DNA from: Candidatus Kapaibacterium sp.
GTDB lineage: Bacteria > Bacteroidota > Ignavibacteria > Kapaibacteriales > UBA2268
DNA: 64,000 nucleotides
NCBI GenBank assembly: GCA_963665665.1
Contig: OY762428.1
Coordinates: 1,440,001-1,504,000, forward strand
Direction: 5' to 3'
Shown here: piece after piece, positions 39,056 to 49,469 of the stretch
How the letters are laid out: every line of letters starts with the position of its first letter
Numbering within the stretch: position 1 is the stretch's first letter
Translations under genes and position numbers: made by a program
Notes under the pieces: generated by a model
What the model was told of the DNA's origin: nothing
Seen by the model: only the letters and a program-made list of their open reading frames with translations
Databases searched by the model: none

Positions 39056-40933
39056 TTAGTCGATAAACTTCCCGCGTTCAGTATATTTAGTATGAAGCAG
39101 CTTGTGTGACTTATGGCCTCCCGGACCATCAATCAGGAATTTCTCATAAATATACTTCACGCTTTCGTTCTCGAATGATTTGTTAACGGAAAGATTCTCG
39201 GCTTCTTTGTATATTGCCTCCGCCCTCTTTGCCCTGATTTCCGGGCTGGTAGGAACAGGCTGGCCGCCGCCGCCAAGGCATCCGCCGGGGCATGCCATAA
39301 CTTCCACAAAGTGAACATCTGTAAGTTCCCCACGCTTCAGGGCATCCATAACTTTCTTGGCATTTGCCGTGCCGTGGGCTATCATGAATTTAACATCAAC
39401 GCCTTCAAGGAATTTCCATTCTTCCTTAACATCTTCAAGTTTTACCGTTGCTTCCCTTACGCCGTCAAAACCACGGCAGGGAGTAATATTCAGGTTCTCG
39501 AACGGTACTTCGCGGCCAGTTACAAGTTCGTAAGCAGTACGCAGGGCTGATTCCATAACCCCACCAGTAGCACCGAAAATCAAACCTGATCCTGTATCGC
39601 CGAATGGCTCGTCAAATTTTTCTTTTGGAGCTTCAGGAAGATGTATACCGGCTTCCCTGATCATCTGGGCCATTTCGCGCGTTGTCAATACAAAATCCAC
39701 ATCTTTGAAACCTGAATCAGTCATCTCAGGCCTGTTTGCTTCAAATTTCTTTGCCGAACAAGGCATCAGGGATACCGATACAATCTTGGAAGGATCAATA
39801 CCGTGTTCATCTGCATAATATGTTTTGATCAAAGCTCCAAACATCTGCTGAGGCGATTTGCACGATGAAACATGTGCAAGATACTCAGGATAGAAATGTT
39901 CAATATATTTCACCCATCCAGGAGAGCAGGATGTAAACATTGGTAACTTAACGGATGAATCCTGATCTACAATTGCTTTTTTCAGTCTTGTCAGGAGCTC
40001 GGTTCCTTCTTCCATGATCGTAAGGTCGGCAGTAAAGTTAGTATCGAATACTCTGTCGAAACCAATAGTCCTGAGAGCGGAATTCAGTTCATAAGTCATT
40101 GAAGTTCCGGCTTCCAGGCCGAATTCTTCTCCAATAGCTGCCCTGGGTGACGGCGCTGTTTGGATTACCACATGTTTTTCAGGATCATCAATTGCATTCC
40201 AGATTTCATCCGAAGGGTCATTTGCCTTCAGCGCTGCTGTAGGACAGCGGTTTATACACTGGCCACAACCGATACAGATAACATTAGGCAATGTTTTATC
40301 GAGGAAAGTGGAAATTGTTGTTTTATCTCCACGATTAGTAGCTTCCAGAACGCCGACTTCCTGCAGGTCGATGCAGGTACGGATACAGCGCTTGCAGAGG
40401 ATACATTTATTCATATCCCTTGTAACAGCATAGCTGTGCCTGTCAACTATATGCTGAGGCTCTTTGATATGTCCGAAACGGAAAAAATCAACCCCGTATT
40501 CTTTAGCCAGGGCCTGAAGTTCGCAGTTATTGTTCCTGCGGCAGGAATAGCACTCACCGTAGTGTTCGCTAAGAAGCAGGTCAAGAATATGACGTCTTGC
40601 CTTGCGAACTTTGGAAGTTGAGGTAAATACTTTGATTTTATTTGTAATCGGGAAAGCGCATGAAGCCTGTAATGTGCGCATACCTTCCACTTCAACCACG
40701 CATAAACGGCATACGCCGGCTATGCATAGATCTTCGTGATGGCACAGCGTGGGAATATGAAAATTATTTTCCCTGCATGCTTCAAGAATTGTAGTACCGA
40801 TAGCAACTTTTACCGGTTTATTATTAATCTCTATTTCAATCATCCCGCCAATATCGCTGTCGTCAGCTTTCTGTTTTACAACCATAGGCTGCTGGCTGAC
40901 CGGGGCACGGGAAGTATTATTTATATTTGACAT
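39056..40933 (-). CDS. hydA: Group A [FeFe]-hydrogenase catalytic subunit (HydA/HndD-like)
   Basis: N-terminal 2Fe-2S, HxxxCxxC and 2x[4Fe-4S] domains. H-cluster motifs TSCSPGW, MPCSAKKFE, EVMACPGGCLGGGGQP. Confidence 0.95.
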   Translation of the reverse strand: MSNINNTSRAPVSQQPMVVKQKADDSDIGGMIEIEINNKPVKVAIGTTILEACRENNFHIPTLCHHEDLCIAGVCRLCVVEVEGMRTLQASCAFPITNKIKVFTSTSKVRKARRHILDLLLSEHYGECYSCRRNNNCELQALAKEYGVDFFRFGHIKEPQHIVDRHSYAVTRDMNKCILCKRCIRTCIDLQEVGVLEATNRGDKTTISTFLDKTLPNVICIGCGQCINRCPTAALKANDPSDEIWNAIDDPEKHVVIQTAPSPRAAIGEEFGLEAGTSMTYELNSALRTIGFDRVFDTNFTADLTIMEEGTELLTRLKKAIVDQDSSVKLPMFTSCSPGWVKYIEHFYPEYLAHVSSCKSPQQMFGALIKTYYADEHGIDPSKIVSVSLMPCSAKKFEANRPEMTDSGFKDVDFVLTTREMAQMIREAGIHLPEAPKEKFDEPFGDTGSGLIFGATGGVMESALRTAYELVTGREVPFENLNITPCRGFDGVREATVKLEDVKEEWKFLEGVDVKFMIAHGTANAKKVMDALKRGELTDVHFVEVMACPGGCLGGGGQPVPTSPEIRAKRAEAIYKEAENLSVNKSFENESVKYIYEKFLIDGPGGHKSHKLLHTKYTERGKFID

Positions 40934-40945
40934 TATTATTTCCGC

Positions 40946-42118
40946 CTATCTTTGTAAAAATATCTCGTTTTCGAAATGTGTCATAATAGCTATAAAAGGG
41001 TTAGGGCTGGACTGGCCAAGCCCGCACTTTGACGTAAGCTGCATCGTCCTTCCAAGGTCCATCAGTTCCCTGAGATAAGACATTGAGCAGGTTCCCTCTT
41101 CTATCATTTCCACGCCTTCAAGCAGTTTGATATTTCCAATACGGCATGGTGTACACTGGCCGCATGATTCTTCAACGAAAAATTCCATAAAGTTTTTCAG
41201 AACTTTAAGCATATCCCTTGTTTCGTTGAAAATCAGTACCGAACCGCCCGTTGTTAGGTCTTCGAATGAAAGGTTTCGCCCGAACTCGGATCTTGGAATA
41301 CAGATTCCCGAAGCTCCGCCAACCTGGACAGCTTTTGTGTTTTCAGCGCCAACCATTGTAAGCATTTCTGTAATTGTGGTACCGAAAGGGACTTCATAAA
41401 CTCCCGGTTTAGCGCAATCACCTGAAACGGAAATCAATTTCGTACCTGTGGACTTGCTGGTTCCGAGAGAATTAAACCATTCAGCGCCCTTAAACATTAT
41501 TACAGGAATAGCAGAAAATGTTTCAACATTATTTACAACGGTAGGATGCCCCATAAATCCTGTATTTACAGGGAAAGGCGGCCTGTTTCTGGGTTCGCCC
41601 CTGTGCCCTTCGAGTGATTCTATCAACGCAGATTCCTCGCCGCAAACATAAGCTCCCGCGCCAAGCCTGATTTCAATATCAAAAGAAAAGCCTGATCCAA
41701 GGATATTTTTTCCAAGGCGGTTTGCATTTCTCATTGTTTGCAGAATAGTTTCCAGCTTCCTGAGCAGGTAGCAATATTCGCCACGCAGGTAGAGATACCC
41801 CTTTGATGCGCCGATAGAATAACCGCAAATAGCCATTCCCTCGAATATCAGCTTCGAATACTCGTCCAGAAGCACCCTGTCTTTGAATGTTCCGGGTTCT
41901 CCTTCATCAGCATTGCAAACAACATATTTTTTATTAGATATTGCAGCAGCAGCAAGCATCCATTTAGTTCCCGTGGGGAATCCGGCTCCGCCCCTGCCTT
42001 TAAGCCCGGACTCGCGAATATCCATAACGATATCCTGAGGTTTCATTTTCAGAGCCTCTGCCAGCCCGTCGCCATGATTCTTTCTGTTAAAAAGAACTGT
42101 TTCGTTTAAAATCGGCAT
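40946..42118 (-). CDS. hydB: NADH/FMN-binding hydrogenase subunit (NuoF/HydB-like, short form)
   Basis: GRGGAGFPTG, NADEGEPG, GAYVCGEE, ESCGQCTPCR...CGLG. Confidence 0.9.
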   Translation of the reverse strand: MPILNETVLFNRKNHGDGLAEALKMKPQDIVMDIRESGLKGRGGAGFPTGTKWMLAAAAISNKKYVVCNADEGEPGTFKDRVLLDEYSKLIFEGMAICGYSIGASKGYLYLRGEYCYLLRKLETILQTMRNANRLGKNILGSGFSFDIEIRLGAGAYVCGEESALIESLEGHRGEPRNRPPFPVNTGFMGHPTVVNNVETFSAIPVIMFKGAEWFNSLGTSKSTGTKLISVSGDCAKPGVYEVPFGTTITEMLTMVGAENTKAVQVGGASGICIPRSEFGRNLSFEDLTTGGSVLIFNETRDMLKVLKNFMEFFVEESCGQCTPCRIGNIKLLEGVEMIEEGTCSMSYLRELMDLGRTMQLTSKCGLGQSSPNPFIAIMTHFENEIFLQR

Positions 42119-42128
42119 TTCCTGACTC

Positions 42129-42602
42129 CTATTTGCAACTGTTCAGAATATCAACAACCTTATGAGGAGTTACTTTTGTAAACACCTCATCATTAATTAA
42201 CATCGCGGGACCCTGATCGCACATACCCATGCAATTGATATATTCCAGGGTAAATTTTTTATCGGGTGTTGTTTCCCCGAATTTAATCCCAAGTTCTCTT
42301 TCAATAGTCCTGGCTATAGCGTCTTTTCCTTCCAGGTCGCATGAAATTGTTCTGCAAAGCTTAATAATATATTTACCTTCCTTACTTGATTTCAGGAATG
42401 AATAAAAAGTAATAACGCCATATACTTCAACCGGATGAATATCCAGAAGCCTGGCAATTTCCTGCTGAGCAAAATCCGAAATATGCCCGTGCTTGCGCTG
42501 AATATCCTGAAGAATAGGAAGCAGTGCCTGCCGTCCGTCGTCATATTTTTCGACTAATTCTTCAATTTCTCTTGTCAATACATTTTTTTCACTGACCAGC
42601 AT
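42129..42602 (-). CDS. hydC: 2Fe-2S hydrogenase subunit (NuoE/HydC-like)
   Basis: CRTISC...CMGMCDQGP. Confidence 0.9.
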   Translation of the reverse strand: MLVSEKNVLTREIEELVEKYDDGRQALLPILQDIQRKHGHISDFAQQEIARLLDIHPVEVYGVITFYSFLKSSKEGKYIIKLCRTISCDLEGKDAIARTIERELGIKFGETTPDKKFTLEYINCMGMCDQGPAMLINDEVFTKVTPHKVVDILNSCK

Positions 42603-42982
42603 TAGTTAGCTCCTCCTGATTTCAGCAATTTTTCAGTAACATCAATCAGCACCGAGGGCTGTACAGGTTTCTCGAGGAATTCGTCAATTGGTAATACATC
42701 CGTTTTTCCGTACTCGTAACCTGTAACTCTTGCAATTGAAGTCAGCATGATAATCGGTGCGTCAATTCCGATTCTGCGGAATTTGTTTGCCAGGTAAAAC
42801 CCGTCATCAGGTTCGTCCATCATAACGTCAAGAATTATCAGGTCGTGCTTTTCGCTGCCTGTCAGTTCCAACGCTTCTTTTACATTGGCCGCTGAGGATG
42901 TTTCGTGTCCTTTTGCCTGAAGAATAAGGGTAATTGCCTCGACGATATCCGGATCGTCATCGATTATTGCAATTTTCGCCAT
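42602..42982 (-). CDS. Single-domain response regulator receiver
   Basis: IIDDD, LIILDVMM, MLTS, KP. TAATG overlap with hydC. Confidence 0.92.
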   Translation of the reverse strand: MAKIAIIDDDPDIVEAITLILQAKGHETSSAANVKEALELTGSEKHDLIILDVMMDEPDDGFYLANKFRRIGIDAPIIMLTSIARVTGYEYGKTDVLPIDEFLEKPVQPSVLIDVTEKLLKSGGAN

Positions 42983-43271
42983 GTGAATACCTCTGTTAAT
43001 TAGTATAATCTATAATCGTGATAATGCAAATTCGGAACAATATTTTTAACAGGGTAATATTGCAGAAATTATGTAACCCAAATGTGTGGATATTCCAATA
43101 TTTTGAAAAAAAATATTATTTGGATGAATTTTGATTTTATTTTTGGCCGAAATAATATTATATTCAAATAATATGAATCTGATATTTATTATTCGAAATT
43201 ATATTTATTATTCAATAATTATTGATCATGTTTTGAGCATTATTTTATCTAATAATTCAATGGTAAATTAT

Positions 43272-43517
43272 ATGTTATACAAGAAATTGAGTATAAAATC
43301 ATTAAGCAATAACGACTGTGCTTTATGCTTAGCCGGGTCAATGGCAGGTTCACCTGCAGCTCAGGTACTTTGTGAATCGGGTTCAGCTCCTGATAATATT
43401 AATAAATATGGTTGTACCAACGGCTACGAAAATACTTCTCACGATATTACAAAATGCAATTCCGGATCGCTAAATCAGATCCCCTCTTCCTGTTTTAACG
43501 GGGTAGAACCTTTATAA
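43272..43517 (+). CDS. RiPP precursor-like peptide B1 (81 aa)
   Basis: Leader MLYKKLSI. Core CLAG, CESG, CTNG, CNSG, CFNG. ATG 43272 chosen by alignment with B2-B6. Confidence 0.75.
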   Translation: MLYKKLSIKSLSNNDCALCLAGSMAGSPAAQVLCESGSAPDNINKYGCTNGYENTSHDITKCNSGSLNQIPSSCFNGVEPL

Positions 43518-43526
43518 CCGGCCAAT

Positions 43527-43561
43527 AAAAAATCCCCTCCTGCAATAGGAAGGGATTTTTT
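43527..43561. terminator. Bidirectional intrinsic terminator (B1 / PFOR)
   Basis: AAAAAATCCCCTCCT...AGGAAGGGATTTTTT. Confidence 0.7.
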
Positions 43562-43580
43562 AATCAATCTATTATCGGGA

Positions 43581-46500
43581 TTAGCCTTCGCCGTTTCCGT
43601 CAAATTTTCTTTCAGAAAGATATTTATAAGTTGCATATCTTTCATCAACATCTTTTTGTGCCTGCTCATAATATTTAGCAGCATCTTCAGGTTTGATCTT
43701 CTTAAGCATACGGAACCTTGTTTCAGCATCCATGTATTCTGCAACAGGCATTTTCGGAGCTTTTGAATCAAGTGAAAGCGGGTTTTTGCCTTCTTTTGTA
43801 AGCTCAGGATTGTACCTGTAAAGTATCCACTGCCCTGAATCGATTGCCATTTTCTGGTGTACGAGAGGATTGGTCATATCAATACCATGAGCAATACAGT
43901 GGCTGTATGCAATAATGATTGACGGCCCATCGTAGGCTTCTGCTTCAACAAATGTTTTAAGTGTGTGAGCATCGTTCGAACCAAGAGCTACAACACCAAC
44001 ATAAACGTTGCCATAAGACATTGCCATCATACCGAGGTCTTTCTTTTTGTCCGGTTTACCGCCGGCAGCGAATTTTGCAATTGCGCTGATCGGTGTGGCT
44101 TTTGATTTCTGGCCGCCTGTGTTCGAGTAAACTTCAGTATCAAGTACAAGAACGTTAACATTTTTGCCGGTTGCTAGTACGTGGTCAAGTCCGCCGTATC
44201 CAATATCATAAGCCCATCCGTCACCACCGATGATCCAAACTGATTTCTTAACAAGGTAATCAGCAACTGCTTTCAGACGTTTTGCTTCAGGAGTATCAAG
44301 ATTTTCAATTTTTGCTTTGAGTTCAGCTACTCTTACGCGCTGCTCTTCAATGTCTTTATCTGATTTCTGAACAGCATTCATAATATCGTTTGCCAGATCA
44401 GCACCGATAGCATCTTTCATATTTTCAATAAGTTCAAGGCCAATTTCATTCTGTTTGTCGATAGCAAGGCGCATTCCAAGGCCAAATTCAGCATTGTCTT
44501 CGAACAGTGAGTTCGACCAGGCAGTACCGCGACCGTTTGCGTCAACTGACCATGGAGTTGTAGGAAGGTTACCACCGTAAATAGATGAGCAGCCTGTAGC
44601 GTTAGCAACAACAGCGCGATCGCCAAAGAGCTGAGACATCAGTTTAACATAAGGTGTTTCACCGCAACCTGCACAAGCGCCGGAGAATTCGAATAGCGGC
44701 CTCTGAAGCTGCTGCTGACGAAGCTGGTTAACGTTGATAAGGTCTCTTGATTTTTCAGGAATGTTAAGGAAGAATTCCCAGTTTTTAACTTCTTCTGTAC
44801 GCAATGGCATCTGAGGTGCCATATTGAGTGATTTCCTGCCAACATTTTTCTTATCTTTTGCAGGGCAAACTTCAACACAAACGCCGCAACCTGTACAATC
44901 TTCAGGAGCAATCTGAATAGTGTATTTTTCGCCTTTCCAGTTCTTGTCCTTTGTATCCATTGCTTTGAATGTTGCAGGAGCGCCTTCAAGATATTTTTCG
45001 TCATAGGATTTAATCCTGATTGAAGCGTGAGGACAAACCATTGCACATTTACCGCACTGGATACAAAGATCAGGTTCCCAAACAGGAATATCAAGAGCGA
45101 TATTGCGTTTTTCGTACTGTGTTGTAGCCATTGGCCATGTACCGTCTGCCGGGAATGCACTAACCGGAAGGTCGTCGCCACGGCTGGCAATAATTTCACC
45201 AATAACATTCTTAACAAATTCAGGTGAACTTTCCGGAACAGGCTTGTGAAGTTCGAATGTGCTGTCTGCTGCAGCCGGAATTTCAACCTGCTGGAGATAT
45301 TCAAGAGTATTGTCAACAGCTTTAAGGTTCATGTTAACAATTTCATCACCTTTACGGCCATAAGTTTTCTTAATTGATTTCTTGATTTCTTCAATTGCCT
45401 GTTCGCGAGGAAGAACGCCTGAAATAGCAAAGAAACAAACCTGCATAACAGTGTTGATCCTGCGTCCCATGCCACTGATATCTGCTACATGCTGTGCATC
45501 AATTGTATAAAGTTTGATTTCTTTGTCGATAATTTCCTGCTGAACTGTTTTTGGCAGGTTGCCCCATACTTCTTCTTTTTTCCAGGGAGCATTGATAAGG
45601 AAAGTTCCTCCTTTTACAAGGTCTTTTACCATATCAAGTTTTTCCAGGAATACTGTCTGGTGGCAGGCAACAAAGTTAGCTTTGTTTACAAGATAAGTTG
45701 ATCTGATCGGTTTCGGGCCGAATCTGAGGTGAGAAACAGTAAGAGCACCTGCTTTTTTCGAATCATAAACAAAGTAACCCTGAGCATAATTGTCTGTATT
45801 TTCACCAATGATCTTGATAGAGTTTTTATTAGCGCCAACCGTACCGTCTGAACCAAGGCCGTAGAACATAGCGCGAACTACATCATCACCTTCAAGGCTG
45901 AAGTCTTTGTCATATTCAATATAGTTGCCTGTAATGTCATCAACGATACCAACAACGAAGCTGTTTTTAGGATCGTCGTTTTTCAGTTCATCATAAACGC
46001 CTTTAACCATTGAAGCTGTAAATTCTTTTGAAGAAAGGCCATAACGTCCGCCAACAACTTTTGGCATATCTTTAACTTCACCCCAACCCTTGTTAAGGCC
46101 TTCGTAAAGAGCTGCAACAACATCCTGATACAAAGGCTCGCCTGCTGCACCAGGTTCTTTTGTCCTGTCAAGAACAGCAATTTTCTTAACTGTTGCAGGA
46201 AGGGCTTCCATGAAACGTTTTACATCGAAAGGACGATACAAACGAACTTTTACAACACCAACTTTTTCGCCGTTATTTGTTAAATATTCAACTGTTTCGT
46301 CAGTTGTTGCACCGGCGGAAGCCATAAGAACTATCACGCGGTCAGCATCCGGAGCACCTTCGTACTGGAATACTTTATATTCACGGCCTGTAAGTTTGGC
46401 AAATTTATCCATGTTCTCCTGAACGATATCAGGGCATGCTTCATAATATTTATTAATTGTTTCACGATTCTGGAAAAATACGTCCGGGTTCTGGGCTGTA

Positions 46501-47153
46501 CCCCTGATAACCGGATGGTCAGGTGAAAGTGATCTTTCCCTGTGTTCTCTTACCAGTTCGTCGTCAATCATTTCTTTCATAACATCTTCAGAAAGAAGTT
46601 CAATTTTTGCAACTTCGTGTGATGTACGGAAACCATCAAAGAATGCAAGGAAAGGAATCCTCGATTTCAGAGTGGAAGCCTGTGCAATAAGAGCAAGGTC
46701 CATTGTTTCCTGAACAGAACCTGCTGCTGTCATACCAAAACCGGTACCACGGGCAGCCATAACATCACTATGATCGCCAAATATTGAAAGTGCATGTGTA
46801 GCAAGAGACCTTGCACTAATGCTGAATAACGCCGGAGTTAGTTCGCCGGCAATTTTATACATGTTAGGTATTTTCAAAAGTAAGCCCTGCGAGGCAGTAA
46901 AAGTAGCAGTCAGAGCGCCTCCCTGTAAGGAACCGTGAACAGCACCGGCAGCGCCGCCTTCACTCTGCATTTCCATTACTTCAGGAATGTTGCCCCAGAT
47001 GTTCTTAACACCCTTGGATGCCCATTCGTCTGCCCATTCACCCATGTTCGATGATGGTGTAATCGGGTAAATAGCGCAAACTTCGTTGGTCTTATAAGCA
47101 ACGTAAGCTGCCGCTTCATTTCCGTCGATCATTACAAATTTCTTTTCGCTCAT
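43581..47153 (-). CDS. nifJ: Pyruvate:ferredoxin (flavodoxin) oxidoreductase
   Basis: YPITPSS, MQSEGGAAGA, GLGSDGTVG, two CxxCxxCxxxCP, FEFSGACAGCGE, GGDGWAYDIG. Confidence 0.97.
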   Translation of the reverse strand: MSEKKFVMIDGNEAAAYVAYKTNEVCAIYPITPSSNMGEWADEWASKGVKNIWGNIPEVMEMQSEGGAAGAVHGSLQGGALTATFTASQGLLLKIPNMYKIAGELTPALFSISARSLATHALSIFGDHSDVMAARGTGFGMTAAGSVQETMDLALIAQASTLKSRIPFLAFFDGFRTSHEVAKIELLSEDVMKEMIDDELVREHRERSLSPDHPVIRGTAQNPDVFFQNRETINKYYEACPDIVQENMDKFAKLTGREYKVFQYEGAPDADRVIVLMASAGATTDETVEYLTNNGEKVGVVKVRLYRPFDVKRFMEALPATVKKIAVLDRTKEPGAAGEPLYQDVVAALYEGLNKGWGEVKDMPKVVGGRYGLSSKEFTASMVKGVYDELKNDDPKNSFVVGIVDDITGNYIEYDKDFSLEGDDVVRAMFYGLGSDGTVGANKNSIKIIGENTDNYAQGYFVYDSKKAGALTVSHLRFGPKPIRSTYLVNKANFVACHQTVFLEKLDMVKDLVKGGTFLINAPWKKEEVWGNLPKTVQQEIIDKEIKLYTIDAQHVADISGMGRRINTVMQVCFFAISGVLPREQAIEEIKKSIKKTYGRKGDEIVNMNLKAVDNTLEYLQQVEIPAAADSTFELHKPVPESSPEFVKNVIGEIIASRGDDLPVSAFPADGTWPMATTQYEKRNIALDIPVWEPDLCIQCGKCAMVCPHASIRIKSYDEKYLEGAPATFKAMDTKDKNWKGEKYTIQIAPEDCTGCGVCVEVCPAKDKKNVGRKSLNMAPQMPLRTEEVKNWEFFLNIPEKSRDLINVNQLRQQQLQRPLFEFSGACAGCGETPYVKLMSQLFGDRAVVANATGCSSIYGGNLPTTPWSVDANGRGTAWSNSLFEDNAEFGLGMRLAIDKQNEIGLELIENMKDAIGADLANDIMNAVQKSDKDIEEQRVRVAELKAKIENLDTPEAKRLKAVADYLVKKSVWIIGGDGWAYDIGYGGLDHVLATGKNVNVLVLDTEVYSNTGGQKSKATPISAIAKFAAGGKPDKKKDLGMMAMSYGNVYVGVVALGSNDAHTLKTFVEAEAYDGPSIIIAYSHCIAHGIDMTNPLVHQKMAIDSGQWILYRYNPELTKEGKNPLSLDSKAPKMPVAEYMDAETRFRMLKKIKPEDAAKYYEQAQKDVDERYATYKYLSERKFDGNGEG

Positions 47154-47412
47154 ATCAATATTCCCTTAATATAGAGTTTAAATGGAAAAAGTCATAAAAT
47201 ATTTAATTGTCAAGATTTATCTTTTTAAGAAAAATACTATTACAGATTACAAATTTAAGAATTATTTGTGAAAATATCGAAGCATATATGCAATATTTTT
47301 CTTATATTTAATTGTTATTATTAACAGTTAGACTAATATAATTATTAGTCTTCACAAAATATTACAGTTTTTTTTGTATACAATTGGGAAATTAATTTAC
47401 AAAAAATAAAAT

Positions 47413-47650
47413 ATGAAGCGCAAAGAACTCAAAATCAATGCACTTAATAAAAGATATTTCAATTATCCGGCAATGGCGTTTTTCCAGGAAGAACTGTCGG
47501 GCTATGTTTTCCTGGCCATGTTATTGCTAATCATGATATACACTCATTAGCAATACCCTATTAGGCCTTTGTTATCAAGGTAGATATCCGCTAAGAGCAA
47601 CGGGAAATTCCAACAAATCAAATACTTATTATTACTCAGAAAAATTATGA
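47413..47650 (+). pseudogene. Possible frameshifted remnant of a B-type precursor
   Basis: Leader-like MKRKELKINALN from 47413, then GLCFPG (47499-47516) and GLCYQG (47564-47581) in the two other frames. Confidence 0.25.
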
Positions 47651-47871
47651 AATATACTAAACCAAGGCTTAATAATATAAATTCCGAAACTATTCGAACA
47701 TATTGTGCAGACGGAACTGCCGCTCAGGCTTCAACAGGATGTATTGCCGGAGGAGCTATTGATTTTTTATGTTCATTTGGCATAGAGAAGGGTAATTGTG
47801 TTGCAGGGTTCGAGGCTTCATCAGGAGGATTATCAGTTGAATGTGATAACGGAAGCGATGATATTCTCTAA
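47647..47871 (+). CDS. RiPP precursor-like peptide B2 (74 aa)
   Basis: Leader MKYTKPRL. Core CADG, CIAG, CSFG, CVAG, CDNG. Confidence 0.82.
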   Translation: MKYTKPRLNNINSETIRTYCADGTAAQASTGCIAGGAIDFLCSFGIEKGNCVAGFEASSGGLSVECDNGSDDIL

Positions 47872-47988
47872 GAATTGTTAATCTGACTTAGAATAAACAT
47901 TTTAAACAAAGATTAATTTTGTTAAATATAAATTTATCCTTAAATTAATTTTGTAAACAACTATCCATTGAATTATTGTTGATACAAA

Positions 47989-48219
47989 ATGAAATACTCA
48001 AAACTGCGCTTGTTATCGCTTGATGACGACAAGGGCGAAGCATACTGTGGCGATGGTTCATCAGCTTTTGGGCTAACGGGATGTACTACTGGCTCTGTTG
48101 ATGGTTCTTCATGTACCAATGGCAATGGCGATCTTGCCTGTTGGGTCGGAAATTCTGCCGAATTGGGCAGCCTTTTCACTTATTGCAGTAATGGCGGAGA
48201 TGATAACTCCCAACCCTGA
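47989..48219 (+). CDS. RiPP precursor-like peptide B3 (76 aa)
   Basis: Leader MKYSKLRL. Core CGDG, CTTG, CTNG, CWVG, CSNG. Confidence 0.82.
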   Translation: MKYSKLRLLSLDDDKGEAYCGDGSSAFGLTGCTTGSVDGSSCTNGNGDLACWVGNSAELGSLFTYCSNGGDDNSQP

Positions 48220-48239
48220 CTTTCTCAACTTGTCAAAAT

Positions 48240-48276
48240 ATTATCCCCGGCAAATAATATATTTGTCGGGGATAAT
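48240..48276. terminator. Hairpin terminator (B3 / rubrerythrin-like gene)
   Basis: ATTATCCCCGGCAAATA...TATTTGTCGGGGATAAT. Confidence 0.65.
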
Positions 48277-48293
48277 TTATTTTTTGAATTCCC

Positions 48294-48743
48294 TTAATTC
48301 TCGTAAAGAACCTCATCATCATATAAAGTTTCAAGCATCAATTTGTGCTGAGATTCTTCTGCTGCAAGCTTCAGGAACAATTGCTTAACAGCAATATCAT
48401 CTGAAGCATTCGATAGAATTATATAAAGGCGGTTAGCCTTTTCTTCTCTTTTCATAGCCGTAACAAGAATTTCCTGGAAAGTCATATTATCATGAATATC
48501 CGGAGCTTCCATTGAATTTGAAATTTTCAGATCCTGAATTTCAGGTAGTTTAAACCCTTCAAAATCTTCTGCTTTGAAATTCCTGATTTTTTCTGCATGA
48601 ATTTGTTCCATTTTTTCAAATTCTTTCAGCATATTTTTACTGGAATCGGATTTCACTCTATCCTGAAGACTACGATAGAACTCAGCAGCTTCAAGTTCTC
48701 TTTCAATCGCGTATTCCAGGACTTCACTAACTTTTGCGTCCAT
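48294..48743 (-). CDS. Rubrerythrin/ferritin-like diiron protein
   Basis: AIERE..A..FY...E..H and AMKRE..A..LY...LAAEESQH. Confidence 0.88.
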   Translation of the reverse strand: MDAKVSEVLEYAIERELEAAEFYRSLQDRVKSDSSKNMLKEFEKMEQIHAEKIRNFKAEDFEGFKLPEIQDLKISNSMEAPDIHDNMTFQEILVTAMKREEKANRLYIILSNASDDIAVKQLFLKLAAEESQHKLMLETLYDDEVLYEN

Positions 48744-48820
48744 AAATATTTCCTTTTCTATTTTAAAAACAGCCTTTGAATAAAAAATCCAAAGGCCTGG
48801 TTGTCAAATTTTTAAATTAT

Positions 48821-49330
48821 TTATTCAGCAGTTGGGGGAGTAAACACCCTGCTTTTGAGTTCGCTGTCAAGGAAGAATAGCCCTGCACCCGATTCGCCGG
48901 CAAGTTTAACCCTGTCAACTATCTCGCTGACAGTGGCTTCTTCTTCCACCTGCTCGTTAATGAACCATTGGAGCATAGTTCCCGAGGCGTGGTCTTTTTC
49001 CTGCAATGCAAGATCATAAAGGTCGTTTATACTTGCCGTAATCGACTGTTCATGCGCGTAAGCTGCTTCAAAACCCGCAAGAGGTGACTCCCATTCAGTA
49101 GGTGTGGCATTTATCTGCCCAAGTTTAACTTTTCCGCCACGGTCAAGCAAATAATCAAATAACTTAAGAGCATGGGATTGTTCTTCCTGAGCCTGAATCC
49201 TCATCCAGTTAGCGAATCCGTTCATATTTATTGAATGATAGTATGCAGCCATAGCAAGATAAAGATTCGATGAATACATTTCTTTTCTTATCTGTTCATT
49301 AATTGCATCAACCATAACCTGCTTAATCAT
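48821..49330 (-). CDS. ftnA: Non-heme ferritin
   Basis: NEQIRKEMYSSNLYL, QAQEEQSHA, HEQSIT, LQWFINEQVEEE. Confidence 0.95.
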   Translation of the reverse strand: MIKQVMVDAINEQIRKEMYSSNLYLAMAAYYHSINMNGFANWMRIQAQEEQSHALKLFDYLLDRGGKVKLGQINATPTEWESPLAGFEAAYAHEQSITASINDLYDLALQEKDHASGTMLQWFINEQVEEEATVSEIVDRVKLAGESGAGLFFLDSELKSRVFTPPTAE

Positions 49331-49469
49331 AAATTTCTCCGTTTTTAAAATATTATCTATAACAATTTACATATTAATATTTAACGCTACATTCTGTGAT
49401 TTATTTGATTTAAGTATCTAAATTCAGTATTTTTGTTGAAATTTTGATATTCAATATTTACAGGTAATT

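Noticed and set aside
40946-42602. nuoE/nuoF of complex I
   Set aside because: They are in an operon with an H-cluster-containing HydA, so they are hydrogenase diaphorase subunits.
43131-43271. Long N-terminal extensions of precursor ORFs from the ORF track (also 6372, 6615, 49760, 51060)
   Set aside because: Upstream TTG starts in AT-rich DNA. Internal ATGs align precisely with the other family members.
47940-49440. Bacteroidetes TAnnTTTG promoter boxes upstream of B3 and B4 as a shared regulatory motif
   Set aside because: Such words are expected by chance in this AT-rich DNA and are not consistently placed before all precursors.
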